Assembly: GCA_963727485.1 (NCBI GenBank)
Contig: CAVSGM010000005.1
Span: forward strand, 32,001-96,000
From: an uncultured delta proteobacterium
GTDB taxonomy: Bacteria; Myxococcota; Myxococcia; SLRQ01
Direction: 5' to 3'
Length of the DNA: 64,000 bases
Position 1 is the stretch's first letter, and each line of letters opens with the position of its first letter. The position numbers and the translations under genes were made by a program. The notes beneath the pieces are model-generated. The model saw nothing but the letters and a program-made list of their open reading frames with translations. It was not told where the DNA came from and made no database searches. Positions 1-10,212 of this stretch are shown here, piece after piece.

Positions 1-2
1 TG

Positions 3-3000
3 CTCAACGGGGAGCTCGCCGCCGCCGACCATCCGCTCGCCGAGGCCGAGGCCCACCTGGCCCTCGGCCGGCTCCTGGTCGGCGACCCCGAGCGCCGGGA
101 CGCGGCGGTGGGCCACCTCCTCCGGGCGGCGGCGCTGGCCGATGGCCCCGGCGCGGTGGCCCTCGACGTCCTCGGGGGGCTCCACACCCTCGGGGAGGGG
201 TGGAGCGACCTGGTGGGGCGCCTCGAGGACGAGGCGCGGCGCCGCACCCCCGACGACCCGGGCACCGCCGTCGCCGTCCTCCGGCGCCTGGCCCGGGCCT
301 GCCTCTCCGAGCCCCCGGTCCTCGACCGCGCCGAGGACGCCCTGCGCCGGCTCCTGGCCCTGGTGCCCGAGGACGTGGGCACCGCCGAGGCGCTGGTGGG
401 TGTCCTCACCGCCCAGCGTCGGCACCGGGACGCGGCCGGCCTCCTCGAGGACCTCGCCCGGATCACCGAGGGCTCCACCGCCGCCCTCTACCGGGTCCGC
501 GCGGGGGTGCTCCACCTGGCGCGCTTCGGCGACCGGGCCCGGAGCCTCGAGTGCTTCGAGGCAGCCCTTCAGAGCCACCCGGGCTACCGGCCGGCGGCGA
601 CCCACCTCAAGGAGGCCTACCGCGAGGCCGGCCGCTGGGGGATCTCGCCCGGGTGATGGTCGCCGAGGTCGAGGGGCGGCCGGTGGACGCGGCGGTGGTC
701 GACACCTGGCGCGCCGCCGGGCGTCTCCTCCGGGAGCAGGCCGGGGACCTGGTGGCCGCGGCGGCGGTCTACCGCAAGGTCGTCGCCCACGATCCCATGG
801 ACGAGGACGCCGTCGCCTTCTTCCAGGCCTTCCATGAGCGCATCGACGCCGAGGCCGAGGCCGTCGAGGCCCACGTCCGGGACGCCGACGCCGCGCCCTC
901 TCCCGAGGCGCGCCGGTCGGCGCTGCTCCTGGCCGCCGACGCCGCCCTCCGCCTGGGGAGCCCGCCTCGGGCCCGGGTGTTCCTGGAGCAGATCCTCGAC
1001 GCCGACCCCGCCGACCGGGAGGTCGAGGCCCGGTACCTCAAGCTCCTCGCCGGGGCCGGGCACCCCGAGGCCCACGCCGCCGCCCTGGCCCAGGCCCGGG
1101 AGCGCGCCGCTGGGGATCCCGCCCACCGCGGGGCCCTGGCCCTCGCCCTCGCCGAGGTCCGCCTCGAGCACCTCGGGGACGTCGCCGGGGCCCGGGCGGT
1201 GCTCCGGGAGACCGCCGCCGGCGCCGGGCCCGAGGCGGTGACCGCCCGGGCCCGCCTCGCCGCCCTCGAGGCGGCGGTGGCCGCGGCGGAGAGCTACGAG
1301 GGCGGCCTCCCCGGGCCGGACCAGGTCGGACGGGAGGCCACCTGGGACGCCGGGGATGGCTCCTGGGCCGAGGCCGTGGACACCGGGAAGGCCCCGGTCG
1401 GGGCCTTCGAGGCCGGGGCCGAGGGCGACGACGGCGACGCCGAGGGCGGTCGGGCCCTCGAGGCCGAGGGGGGCGACGCGGACGACGTCGCGCTCCCCGG
1501 CGGCGCTCCCGGGTCCCGTGGGGCCGACGCGGCCATGGATGCCGGCGTGGACGCCGACGTGGACCCGGACGCCGACCCGGACGCCGACCGCGGACACGCA
1601 CACGCACACGCACGCGCACACGCACACGCACACGCACACGCACGCGGATCCCGACGACGACACCGACGACGACGCCGGCGAGCCCCTCCCCGGGGACGGG
1701 CCCGGGCGCCTCGCCGCCGCCCGCCAGCGCCTCGCCGACGGGGACTTCGAGGGCGCCCTCGCCCTCGCCGACACCGTCGCCGAGATCGGCCCCGACGACG
1801 TCGCCGTCGAGGCCCGGGAGCTCGCCGCCGACATCCTCATCGACTACCTCGGCGACGCGGACGAGGGCCTCGACCGCCTCGCCACCCTCGGCCGCGACCG
1901 GTCCCTGCCCCTGGGCCTGCGCCGCCGGGTGAACGAGGCCCGGGTCCGGCTCCTCGAGCGCGACGTGGCCGCTGGCGCCGCCCGGGACCAGGCCCTGGCC
2001 CAGGCCCTCGCCGACGCCGCCGCCGTCGCCGCCGACCCGGTCGCCGCCCAGGCCCTGCGCTACCGCCTCGGCCGGCTCCTCGTCGCCCGCCACGACGCCT
2101 GGCGCGAGGGGGCCGAGCTCCTCCAGGGGCTCCTGGTCGACGAGCCCGACAACCAGGCCATCCTCGACGCCCTCGAGGGCGTCTACGAGCGCGAGGAGCA
2201 GTGGGGGCCCCTGGCGGAGGTCCTCGAGCGCCTCGCCGAGCGCCTCGACCCGGCGCCGGCCGCCGAGGCCTACGGGCGCCTCGCGGACGTGTCCCTCGAC
2301 GGCCTCGACGACCCCGAGCGCGCCGAGCGCGCCCTCCGCCGGGCCCTCGAGCGCCTCCCGGGCCACCTCCCGAGCCTCAAGACCCTCGCCCGCATCGCCC
2401 GGGCGGCCGGCGACCGGGAGACCGAGGCCTTCGCCCTCCGGGGCTGCATCGCCGCCGAGTCCGCTCACACCGCCCTCCCGGGCCTCCACTACGCCCTCGC
2501 CGAGGCCCTCGAGGCCACCGGGCGCTACGAGGAGGCCGCCACCCACTTCGCCCGGGTCCTCGAGGAGGATCCCCGGAGCACGGCCGCGCGGGTGGCCCTG
2601 GCGCGCCTGTCCACCGAGCTCGACGACCCGGCCGACCGGGTCCGGGTCCTCGCCCTGTGCGCCGACGGCGCCGCCACCGCCACCGAGGCCGCGGACCTCC
2701 ACCTGGAGCGGGCGCGGATCCTGGCCGACGACCTCGACGACCCGGAGGCCGCCCGGGCCGCGGTGCGCGCCGCCCTCGAGGCCGACGGCGCGCACCTCGG
2801 GGCCATGACCTTCCTCCGGGCCCTCGCCGAGCGGGGCGGGGCGCCGCCGGCGGAGCTCGCCTCCATGCTCCACCGGGAGCTCTGGGCCACCCGCTCTCCC
2901 AAGGACGCCGCGGATCGCCACGCAGACCTCGCCGCCCTCTACGCCGGTCCCCTCGGGGATCCCGACGCCGGCGAGTCCCACCTCCGGGAGGCCCTGGCCG

Positions 3001-5156
3001 CCGACCCCGAGCACCCCCGCTCGCTCGGGCGCCTCGCCCAGCGGCACCTCGCCCGGGACGATCTCGACGCGGCCCTGCCCCTCCTCGACACCCTCGCCGG
3101 GTCCGAGAGCGCGCCCACCGAGGCCCGGGCCTGGGCCTGCACCGAGCGGGGCGGCGCCCTGGAGACCGCCGGCGCCTACCCCGACGCCCTCGACGCCTAC
3201 GCCGACGCGGTGGCCCTCGACCCCGAGTCGCCCCCGGCGCTCCTGGGCCTCGCCCGCCTCGCCACCAAGATCGGCCGGGACCTCGAGGCCACCCGGGCCC
3301 TGGTCGAGGTGGCCCGCCTCGGGGAGGCCGGGGTCGCCGGCGCCCCGGCCGGGGCCGATCTGGCCGACGTCTACGCCCGCCTCGGGGCCCTCCACCGGCG
3401 CCAGGGGAACCCCCTCGAGGCGGTGAAGGCCTACCGCCGGGCCCTCGACCGCGACGCGGTCCACCGGGAGGCCCTCCACGCCCTCGCGGTCCTCTACGAG
3501 GAGCAGGGCGAGTGGCGCGCCGCCGCCGAGATGCGTGAGGGGGCGGCGAAGCTGGTGAGCGACCGGCACCTCCGGGCCGAGGCCCTGGCGTCGGTGGGCG
3601 GCTTCGTCCGGGACCGGGTGGGGGACGCCCGCAGGGCCCTCGACGCCTTCCGCCAGGCCGCCGCCCTCGACCCCGAGACCCTGGCCTACCATGCCTCGGT
3701 GCTGGCCCTGGCCCGGCGGGTGGGGCGCCCGGACGAGGCCCGGGCCGCGGCCATGGAGTGCGTGCGCCTGGCGCCCGACGGCGTGGCCGCCGCCGAGTAT
3801 CTCGCCGCCGCCGCCGAGTGTGCCGACGCCGAGCACGACCTCGAGGGCGCCCTCGACCTCGCCCGGGTGGCCCTGGAGCGCGACCCGGCCTGCGACCGGG
3901 CGCTCGCCCGGGCCATCCCCGCCCTGGTGGACCGGGGCGAGATCGACGAGGCCACCGAGCGGCTCGGCCGGGCCATCGAGGCCGCCCGGGACGACGCCGC
4001 CCGCCTCCGCTACACCCTCGACCGCGCCCGGGTCCTCCAGGACGGGGGCGATCCCCTCGCCGCCGCCGGGGCCCTGGCCCGGGCCGCGGCCCAGGCGCCC
4101 GAGGACACGGCGCTGCTGGTGGCCCTCGCCGACTTCCCGCCGCCCCCGGTCGACGCGGCGCGGGTCGCCCTCGACGCCGTCGCCGCCGCCGCCCGGCGCC
4201 ACCGCCTCGCGGTCCCGCCCCTGGCCGCGGTGGAGATCCTCGCCGCCGGCGCCGGGGACCCGGACCGGGCCTACCTGGCGGCGGTGCTCCTGGACCTGAT
4301 GCGCACCGGGACCCGGCACGGGACCGAGCGCCTCGCCGACGTCCGGGCGGCGCTCCCCGACGGGCCCACCGGCACCCTCCCGCCCCGCCTCGCCCAGGCC
4401 CTGATCCCCGGGGAGATCCGCGCCGGCGAGGCCTTCTACGCCGCCGCCGAGGCCGCCCTCCTCGCCGTGCCCGAGGACGAGCGGCACCTCGCCTGGGCCC
4501 GGGAGGCCGGCGAGGCCCCCGCCGACGCCTGGGCCGGGGCGCTGACCCAGCTGGCCCAGAGCCTCGGCCGGAAGGCGCCGCGCCTCCGGGTCACCGGCCC
4601 GGGCACCGGGGTGCGGGTGGCCCCGGACACCGGGAGCCTCCTGGTGGGCCGGGACCTCCTCGAGAGCCGCCTCGCCGGCGAGGTGCGCTTCGTCCTCGGC
4701 TTCGGCCTCGTCCTCTGCGCCCAGGGCCACCGCTGGGTCACCGCCACCGGCGACGCCGAGGGGCCCCTGGAGGCGATGCGGCGCTGGTCCCGGCGCCAGG
4801 CCGGCGCCGACGACGCTTTGGAGCTCGGGGCCCGCTTCGGCGCCGAGGTCCGCGCCCGCCTCGAGACGGTGGCCAGCGAGGCGGTGCCCCCGGCGGCGGA
4901 CTTCCTCGACGCGGCGGTGGCCGAGGCGGCGCGCTTCGGCCTCCTGGTCGCCGGCGACCTCCTCCAGGGGCTCGCCGCCGCCATCCGCGTCCTCGCCCCC
5001 GGCGCCTCCCTGCCCCGGAGCCCCGACGCGGTGGCGGCGCTCGCCGAGCAGAGCCCGACCCTGGCCGACCTCTTCGGCCTGGTCCACGACGACGCCTTCC
5101 TCGCCGGCCGCCTCGCCCTGGGGCTGGCGGTGACCACGCCCGAAGCCGGGCATTGA
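3..5156 (+). CDS. Giant TPR-repeat protein, 5'-truncated by the window edge, with two apparent frameshifts (~640 and ~1590)
   Basis: Frame 3 is open from base 3. Helical TPR-like repeats continue through ORF 108..656, the middle of 200..3538 (GDLARVMVAEVE...) and 1356..5156 (e.g. AVKAYRRALDRDAVHREALHALAVLYEEQGEW). Confidence 0.75.
1595..1642 (+). repeat. (CACGCA)x8 hexamer tandem repeat encoding a His-rich linker
   Basis: Eight units read directly, one variant CGCGCA. Confidence 0.9.
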
Positions 5157-5191
5157 CCCGCACCCGGCGCCCCTCTACCCTCGGCAACCCC

Positions 5192-5506
5192 ATGTACCTC
5201 GGACGTGTCATCGGCACCTGCGTGGCCACCCAGAAGGTCCCGGGCCTCGAGGGCAGCAAGCTCCTGGTGGTCCAGCCCCTCGACCACGCCGGCCGGAAGA
5301 CCCGGATCCCCGAGATCGCCGTGGACACGGTGCGGGCCGGGGTCGGCGATCACGTCTACCTGGTGGGCAGCCGCGAGGCGGCCGTGGCCCTCGACCCCTG
5401 GTTCGTGCCGGTGGACGCCGCCATCGTGGGCATCGTCGACGCGGTGGACGCCACCGACGACCCAGAGGGCCCCACCCCGTTTCACCGGGCCGGGGAGACG
5501 CCGTGA
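5192..5506 (+). CDS. EutN/CcmL-family BMC vertex (BMC-P) protein
   Basis: MYLGRVIGTCVATQK...KLLVVQPLD...IAVDTVRAGVGDHV...VDAAIVGIVD matches the EutN/CcmL pattern. Confidence 0.92.
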   Translation: MYLGRVIGTCVATQKVPGLEGSKLLVVQPLDHAGRKTRIPEIAVDTVRAGVGDHVYLVGSREAAVALDPWFVPVDAAIVGIVDAVDATDDPEGPTPFHRAGETP

Positions 5507-5781
5507 GGCTCTGCCGGGTCCTGGGGCCGGTGGTGGCCACCGTGGAGCACCCCAAGTTCCAGGGGCCGGCGATCTTCGCGGTGCAGCCCCTCGACGTCGA
5601 CGGCCTCGCCAGCGGTCCGAGCTTCGTGGCCATGGACCATGCCCAGGCGGGGGTCGGCGACGTGGTGCTGGTCCTCACCGAGGGCAACGGCACCCGGCAG
5701 ATCCTCGGCGACCCGCAGGGGCCGGTGCGCTCGATGATCGTCGGCATCGTCGACGCGGTGGAGCTCGCCGCCGATGGATAG
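5503..5781 (+). CDS. Second EutN/CcmL-family BMC vertex protein
   Basis: MRLCRVLGPVVAT...VAMDHAQAGVGDVVLV...IVGIVDAV; GTGA overlap with the previous gene. Confidence 0.9.
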   Translation: MRLCRVLGPVVATVEHPKFQGPAIFAVQPLDVDGLASGPSFVAMDHAQAGVGDVVLVLTEGNGTRQILGDPQGPVRSMIVGIVDAVELAADG

Positions 5782-6714
5782 GCGCCTCGCCGAGGCGGTG
5801 AGCCAGATGAGCCACCTCCTCTGGGAGCGGGGCTACGTGGCGAACCATGACGGCAACGTCTCCTGTCGCCTCGCCTCCGGCCGCTTCCTCGCCACCCCCA
5901 CCGCCGAGAGCAAGCGCCTCATCGAGCCCGGGTGGCTCCTGGAGGTGGACCCCGGGGGCAAGGTCCTCGCCGGGAAGCGCCGCCTCTTCGGCGAGTGGCA
6001 CCTCCACGCCGCCGCCTACCGGGTGCGCCCGGACGTGCAGGCGGTGATCCACGCCCACCCGCCGCACGCCACCGCCGCCGGCCTCACCGGCCTCGATTCT
6101 GTCCACCCCGCCGCTCCCCGAGGCGGTGGTGTCCCTGGGCCACGTGCCCACCGCCCGGCCGGCGCTCGCCGGGCCCCGAGGCCGCCGACGCCGCCGCCGA
6201 GTGCCTCGAGGTCGACGACGTGGTGCTCCTGCCGGGCAACGGGGTGCTCGCGGTGGGCGACGACCTGGAGCAGGCCTTCCTCCGCCTGGAGCTGGTGGAG
6301 CACCTGGCGCGGATCCTCACCGCCGCCGCGGCCCAGGGGACGGTGCGCCGCCTCCCGCCCGAGGCGGTGGAGGCGCTCCTGGAGAAGCGCGCCAAGGCCG
6401 GCCTCGGGGTGGAGGGCCGCCGGCGGAAGGCCGGGGGGCGTCCCGCGGATCGCCCGGATCCCCAGTCCGCGTCCGTGGTCGCGTCCCGGGCCGGCGCTGG
6501 CGCTGGCGCTGGCGCGACCGGCGCCGGGCCCGCCCGGCAGGTGGCCCTGGCCCGGGCCTCGTCCCTCACCGGGGACGCCCGCCTCGCCCAGCAGATCGCC
6601 GACGAGGTCCTCCGGCGCCTCGGCGACGGTGAGCCCCCGGCCGGCGCGCCTCCCCGCCGGCACCTCCCGGCCCCCGGCTACACCTCGTCGAGGAGCCGGC
6701 CGAGGAGTTCGTAG
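5774..6714 (+). CDS. Class II aldolase/adducin-family protein with candidate C-terminal encapsulation peptide; two apparent frameshifts (~6097, ~6168)
   Basis: DGNVSCR, FGEWHLHAAAY, VIHAHPPHATA, then LPEAVVSLGHVP and LPGNGVLAVGDDLEQAFLRLELVEHLA in successive frames. The true stop may be earlier than 6714. Confidence 0.85.
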
Positions 6715-7217
6715 AGCCCCTCGGTGGTGCGGAAGCGCAGGCTGTAGGTCCCGAACGCCACGGTGGCCATGTCCGGCACCACCAGGGGCTGCTTGGGCAT
6801 CACCCGGCTGCCCTCGACGAAGGTGCCGTTGGTGGAGCCGGCGTCGTTGAGGTAGTAGGCGCTCCGGTCCGGCGACCAGGTGAAGTAGGCGTGGAACTTG
6901 GAGACGTTGGGGTAGGGCAGGGCCACGTCGTTGTTGCGGGTGCGCCCCACGGTGACCCGGTCGGCGAAGATGCCCCCCGAGCGCTTGGCCACCGGGAGCA
7001 CCTCGAGGCTCTGGTACACCTGGAGCCCCTCGGCGAGCTCACCCTGCCAGGCCTCGGTGTCGATGACGCCGGTGCGGAACACCCGGGCGTCGGGGCCGGC
7101 TTCCTTTGGCCGGTGGAGGAGGACCGGCACCGGATGCTTCCGCCTGAACATCTCCGGCGGGAGCTGCCGCCGGTCGACGATCAGGTCCGCGAGCCGGGTC
7201 AAGGCGTGCCTACCCAC
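6678..7217 (-). CDS. FHA domain protein
   Basis: VTVGRTRNNDVALPYPNVSKFHA...DAGSTNGTFVEG FHA motifs. Confidence 0.9.
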   Translation of the reverse strand: MGRHALTRLADLIVDRRQLPPEMFRRKHPVPVLLHRPKEAGPDARVFRTGVIDTEAWQGELAEGLQVYQSLEVLPVAKRSGGIFADRVTVGRTRNNDVALPYPNVSKFHAYFTWSPDRSAYYLNDAGSTNGTFVEGSRVMPKQPLVVPDMATVAFGTYSLRFRTTEGLYELLGRLLDEV

Positions 7218-8107
7218 ACGAGGGGCCTGAGGGTGACCAGGGCCCCCTCCCCGAACCCCGGCACCCGGGTGAGGTCGGCGACCCGGCTGAAGCGGCCATG
7301 CTTGTGGCGCCAGGTGAGGAGGCGCTCCGCCGACGCGGTGTCGAGACCGATGGCCTCGAGGTCGTGGAGGTCGGCGCGGTTGAGGTCGACCTTCACGGTG
7401 ATCCAGGGGCGGAGCTTCTCCAGGGTCTTCTGGCCGATGCCCGGGACCTTCACGATCTCGTCGACCTTGCGAAACGGCCCCTGGGAGGTGCGCTGGGCGA
7501 TGATCGCCCGGGCCTTGGCGGGGCCGATGCCCGGGAGCTTCTGGAGCTCGGTGGGGCCCGCGGTGTTGACGTTGATCTTGCCGGTGGGCGGCTCCTTGCG
7601 GTGGCGCCGGGCGTGGTGGCGGCCCTGGCTGCGGCCGCCGGTGCGGTCGCTGGCGCGGTCACGGGTGCGCACGGCGGCGGCGTCGCCGTCGCCGTCGGTC
7701 CGGGCCGAGGCCCCGCCGCCCTTGGTGAGGTCGAGGTCGTAGTCGCCGCCGTCGCCGCCCCCGGGGCTCCTGCCGTCGTGGGCCGGCGGCGGGTCCCGGT
7801 AGGTGCCGCGGTCACTGCGCCCGGTCCCGCCGCCGCCGCAGGTGACCCGGTCGCGGAGCCTGGCGAGGGTGACCTTCCCGATGCCCTTGACCCGCCGCAG
7901 CTCGTCCACGGTGTGGAAGGGACCGTGGGCGGCGCGGTAGGCGACGATGCGCTGGGCCTTCACCTTGCCGATGCCCGGGAGCCGGGTGAGCTCGGTGGCC
8001 GACGCCTGGTTGATGTCGATCCGCGCCTGGGCACTGGCGGCGTGGCCGGCGGCGAAGAGGGCGAAGGCCGTGATCAGGCCGAGCAGGGTACGGATGGGGC
8101 GCGTCAT
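7199..8107 (-). CDS. comEA: ComEA-family helix-hairpin-helix DNA-binding protein with signal peptide and three HhH modules
   Basis: IDINQASATELTRLPGIGKVKAQRIVAYR; INVNTAGPTELQKLPGIGPAKARAII; VDLNRADLHDL...VPGFG. ATG at 8107. Confidence 0.88.
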   Translation of the reverse strand: MTRPIRTLLGLITAFALFAAGHAASAQARIDINQASATELTRLPGIGKVKAQRIVAYRAAHGPFHTVDELRRVKGIGKVTLARLRDRVTCGGGGTGRSDRGTYRDPPPAHDGRSPGGGDGGDYDLDLTKGGGASARTDGDGDAAAVRTRDRASDRTGGRSQGRHHARRHRKEPPTGKINVNTAGPTELQKLPGIGPAKARAIIAQRTSQGPFRKVDEIVKVPGIGQKTLEKLRPWITVKVDLNRADLHDLEAIGLDTASAERLLTWRHKHGRFSRVADLTRVPGFGEGALVTLRPLVWVGTP

Positions 8108-8361
8108 AGCGAGAGATCCCCTCCATCGTCGTCCTGGCCGAGGCGCCGCCGGAGCTCGGCGACCTCGTCCCGCCGCGCCTGGGTCAGCGCCGGGTCGACG
8201 GCCAGGGTGAGCACGAGCCAGTCGCCCTCCTTCGCCGACGCCGGGAGGGCGCTGGCGGGGAGGTCGCGGGCGTCGTCGTCGTCGAAGACGAGCACCGCCG
8301 TTCCACCCTCGACGCGGTCGAGGAAGACGGCCGTCTGCTTGCCCCCGTCCATGTCGGTCAT
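8104..8361 (-). CDS. DUF3006-like small protein
   Basis: LDRVEGGTAVL...LPASALPASAKEGDWL...TQARRDEVAELRRRL; translationally coupled on both sides. Confidence 0.75.
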   Translation of the reverse strand: MTDMDGGKQTAVFLDRVEGGTAVLVFDDDDARDLPASALPASAKEGDWLVLTLAVDPALTQARRDEVAELRRRLGQDDDGGDLSL

Positions 8362-9260
8362 TGTACGACGGACCGGGCCCTCGTGCGTACCCGTTCGGCG
8401 CGGAGCCCGTCATCGGCATCCCGTCGCTTCGAGGTCGTCACCTTCCAGGTCTTCCCGTCGGTGCTGAACACGACGGTGCCGTCGAGGTCGGTGCGGTAGA
8501 CCTTGGCGCCCACCGCCTCGAGGCGGCGGATGGTCTGCTTCGACGGGTGTCCGTAGCGGTTGTGGACCCCCACGGAGATCACGGCGATCTTCGGCTTCAC
8601 CGCCGCGAGGAACGCCGGGGTCGAGGAGTAGCGGCTCCCGTGGTGGCAGACCTTGAGGACGGTGCTCTTCAGGCCCCCGCCCTTCACCAGCCGCGCCTCG
8701 GTGGGGGCCTCGGCGTCGCCGGTGAGGAGGATCGAGACCTTCCCGTAGGTGAGCCTGCCGACCACCGAGTTGGCGTTGGGGTCGGACCGGGTGTCGTGGA
8801 AGAAGGGCATCTGGGGGGCGAGGAGGTGGAGGACCGCGCCGCCGCCGAGGTTGATGGTGCGGCCCCGGCGGGCGGTGCGCACCGGCACGTGGTGGGCCTC
8901 CAGGTACTTCAGGAGCCGCTTGTACGCCGACGAGCCGTAGGGGAACCCAGGGTCCATGTAGAAGCGGGTGGGCACCTGCTTCAGGACCTTCACCATGCCC
9001 CCGATGTGGTCGAGGTGGGCGTGGGTGGCGATGACCAGGTCGAGGTGGGAGACGTGCTCGGCGCGCAGGGCGGCGAGGACCGCCGTGGAGGCCTCGGGGG
9101 GCCCGGCGTCGACCAGGACCGCCTTGTGGTCCGGGGAGAGGATGAGGATCCCGTCGCCCTGGCCCACGTCGATGAACCGGACCCGGAGGTCGGCGGCGAG
9201 GGCGGGGAGGGCGACGGCGACCGCGAGGAAGACGGCGACGAGGCGGAGCAGGCGGCGCAT
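8358..9260 (-). CDS. Exported ComEC/Rec2-type metallo-beta-lactamase-fold hydrolase (no membrane channel domain)
   Basis: FIDVGQGDGIL, THAHLDHIGG, LTGDAE, LKVCHHGS, NRYGHPS, YRTDLDGTV; N-terminal signal peptide. Confidence 0.92.
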   Translation of the reverse strand: MRRLLRLVAVFLAVAVALPALAADLRVRFIDVGQGDGILILSPDHKAVLVDAGPPEASTAVLAALRAEHVSHLDLVIATHAHLDHIGGMVKVLKQVPTRFYMDPGFPYGSSAYKRLLKYLEAHHVPVRTARRGRTINLGGGAVLHLLAPQMPFFHDTRSDPNANSVVGRLTYGKVSILLTGDAEAPTEARLVKGGGLKSTVLKVCHHGSRYSSTPAFLAAVKPKIAVISVGVHNRYGHPSKQTIRRLEAVGAKVYRTDLDGTVVFSTDGKTWKVTTSKRRDADDGLRAERVRTRARSVVQ

Positions 9261-9326
9261 CGCCCACTAGGCTAACACAGGTTCCCCGGCTTGACGCCGC
9301 GTGGGCGGGAAGCCTAAAAGCGCGAC
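9261..9326. promoter_or_regulatory. Overlapping divergent sigma70-like promoters for the hydrolase operon and deoC
   Basis: + strand TTGACG(9291)-N18-TAAAAG(9315), 6 nt before the deoC ATG; - strand TG-T-TAGCCT 8 nt before ATG 9260. Confidence 0.5.
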
Positions 9327-10202
9327 ATGTCGGACATCGACCGTCTCGTCGAAGAAGTGACCCGGGAGGTGCGGGCGCGCCTCCGCGTGATCCAGCCCCA
9401 GGACGGCGAGTGTGACGCCACCACCGGGACCTGCGGTGGAGACGGGCGCTGCCACGTCGCCAAGGCCCGGGTCATCCGAGCCATGCAGGACCTGGGCGCG
9501 GTGCGCTTCTCCGCCTCCCCGGGCACCGGCCGGTCGGACCCCGACATCGCCCGGCACATCGACCACACCCTCCTCAAGCCCGACGCCACCCGCGAGGAGC
9601 TCCGGCAGCTGTGCGAGGAGGCGATGCAGTACGGCTTCTACTCGGTGTGCGTGAACGCCTCCAACGTGCCGTATTGCGCCCGGCTCCTCTCCGGGTCGCA
9701 GGTCAGGCCCATCGCCGTGGTCGGCTTCCCCCTCGGCGCCATGACCCGCACCGCCAAGGCCTTCGAGGCCCGGGAGGCGGTGCGCGCCGGCGCCAAGGAG
9801 ATCGACATGGTGATGAACATCGGCGCCATGAAGAGCCGGGACTACGCCACCGTCCTCTGCGACATCGAGGCGGTGGTCGAGGCGAGCAAGCCCTACCCGG
9901 TGAAGGTCATCCTCGAGAGCGCCGGGCTCACCCACGACGAGAAGGTCGCCGCCTGCGTGCTCTCCAAGGCCGCCGGCGCCGCCTACGTCAAGACCTCCAC
10001 CGGCTTCGGCCCCGGCGGCGCCACCGTCGACGACATCGCCCTGATGCGCCGCATCGTCGGCGAGGACATGGGCGTGAAGGCGTCGGGCGGGGTGCGGACC
10101 ACCGAGGACGCCAAGGCCATGTTCAAGGCCGGCGCCGACCGCATCGGCGCCTCGGCGAGCATCGCCATCGTCACCGGCAAGAAGGGCGCCGGCGGCTACT
10201 GA
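9327..10202 (+). CDS. deoC: Deoxyribose-phosphate aldolase with ~70-aa N-terminal extension
   Basis: IDHTLLKP, VVGFPLGA, EIDMVMNIG, VKTSTGFGPGGAT, VKASGGVRT, GADRIGAS. Confidence 0.96.
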   Translation: MSDIDRLVEEVTREVRARLRVIQPQDGECDATTGTCGGDGRCHVAKARVIRAMQDLGAVRFSASPGTGRSDPDIARHIDHTLLKPDATREELRQLCEEAMQYGFYSVCVNASNVPYCARLLSGSQVRPIAVVGFPLGAMTRTAKAFEAREAVRAGAKEIDMVMNIGAMKSRDYATVLCDIEAVVEASKPYPVKVILESAGLTHDEKVAACVLSKAAGAAYVKTSTGFGPGGATVDDIALMRRIVGEDMGVKASGGVRTTEDAKAMFKAGADRIGASASIAIVTGKKGAGGY

Positions 10203-10212
10203 TCGTTCGGGG

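Noticed and set aside
8358..9260. Full ComEC DNA-uptake channel or antibiotic beta-lactamase
   Set aside because: Only the soluble ComEC-type MBL domain is present, with no multi-TM competence domain.
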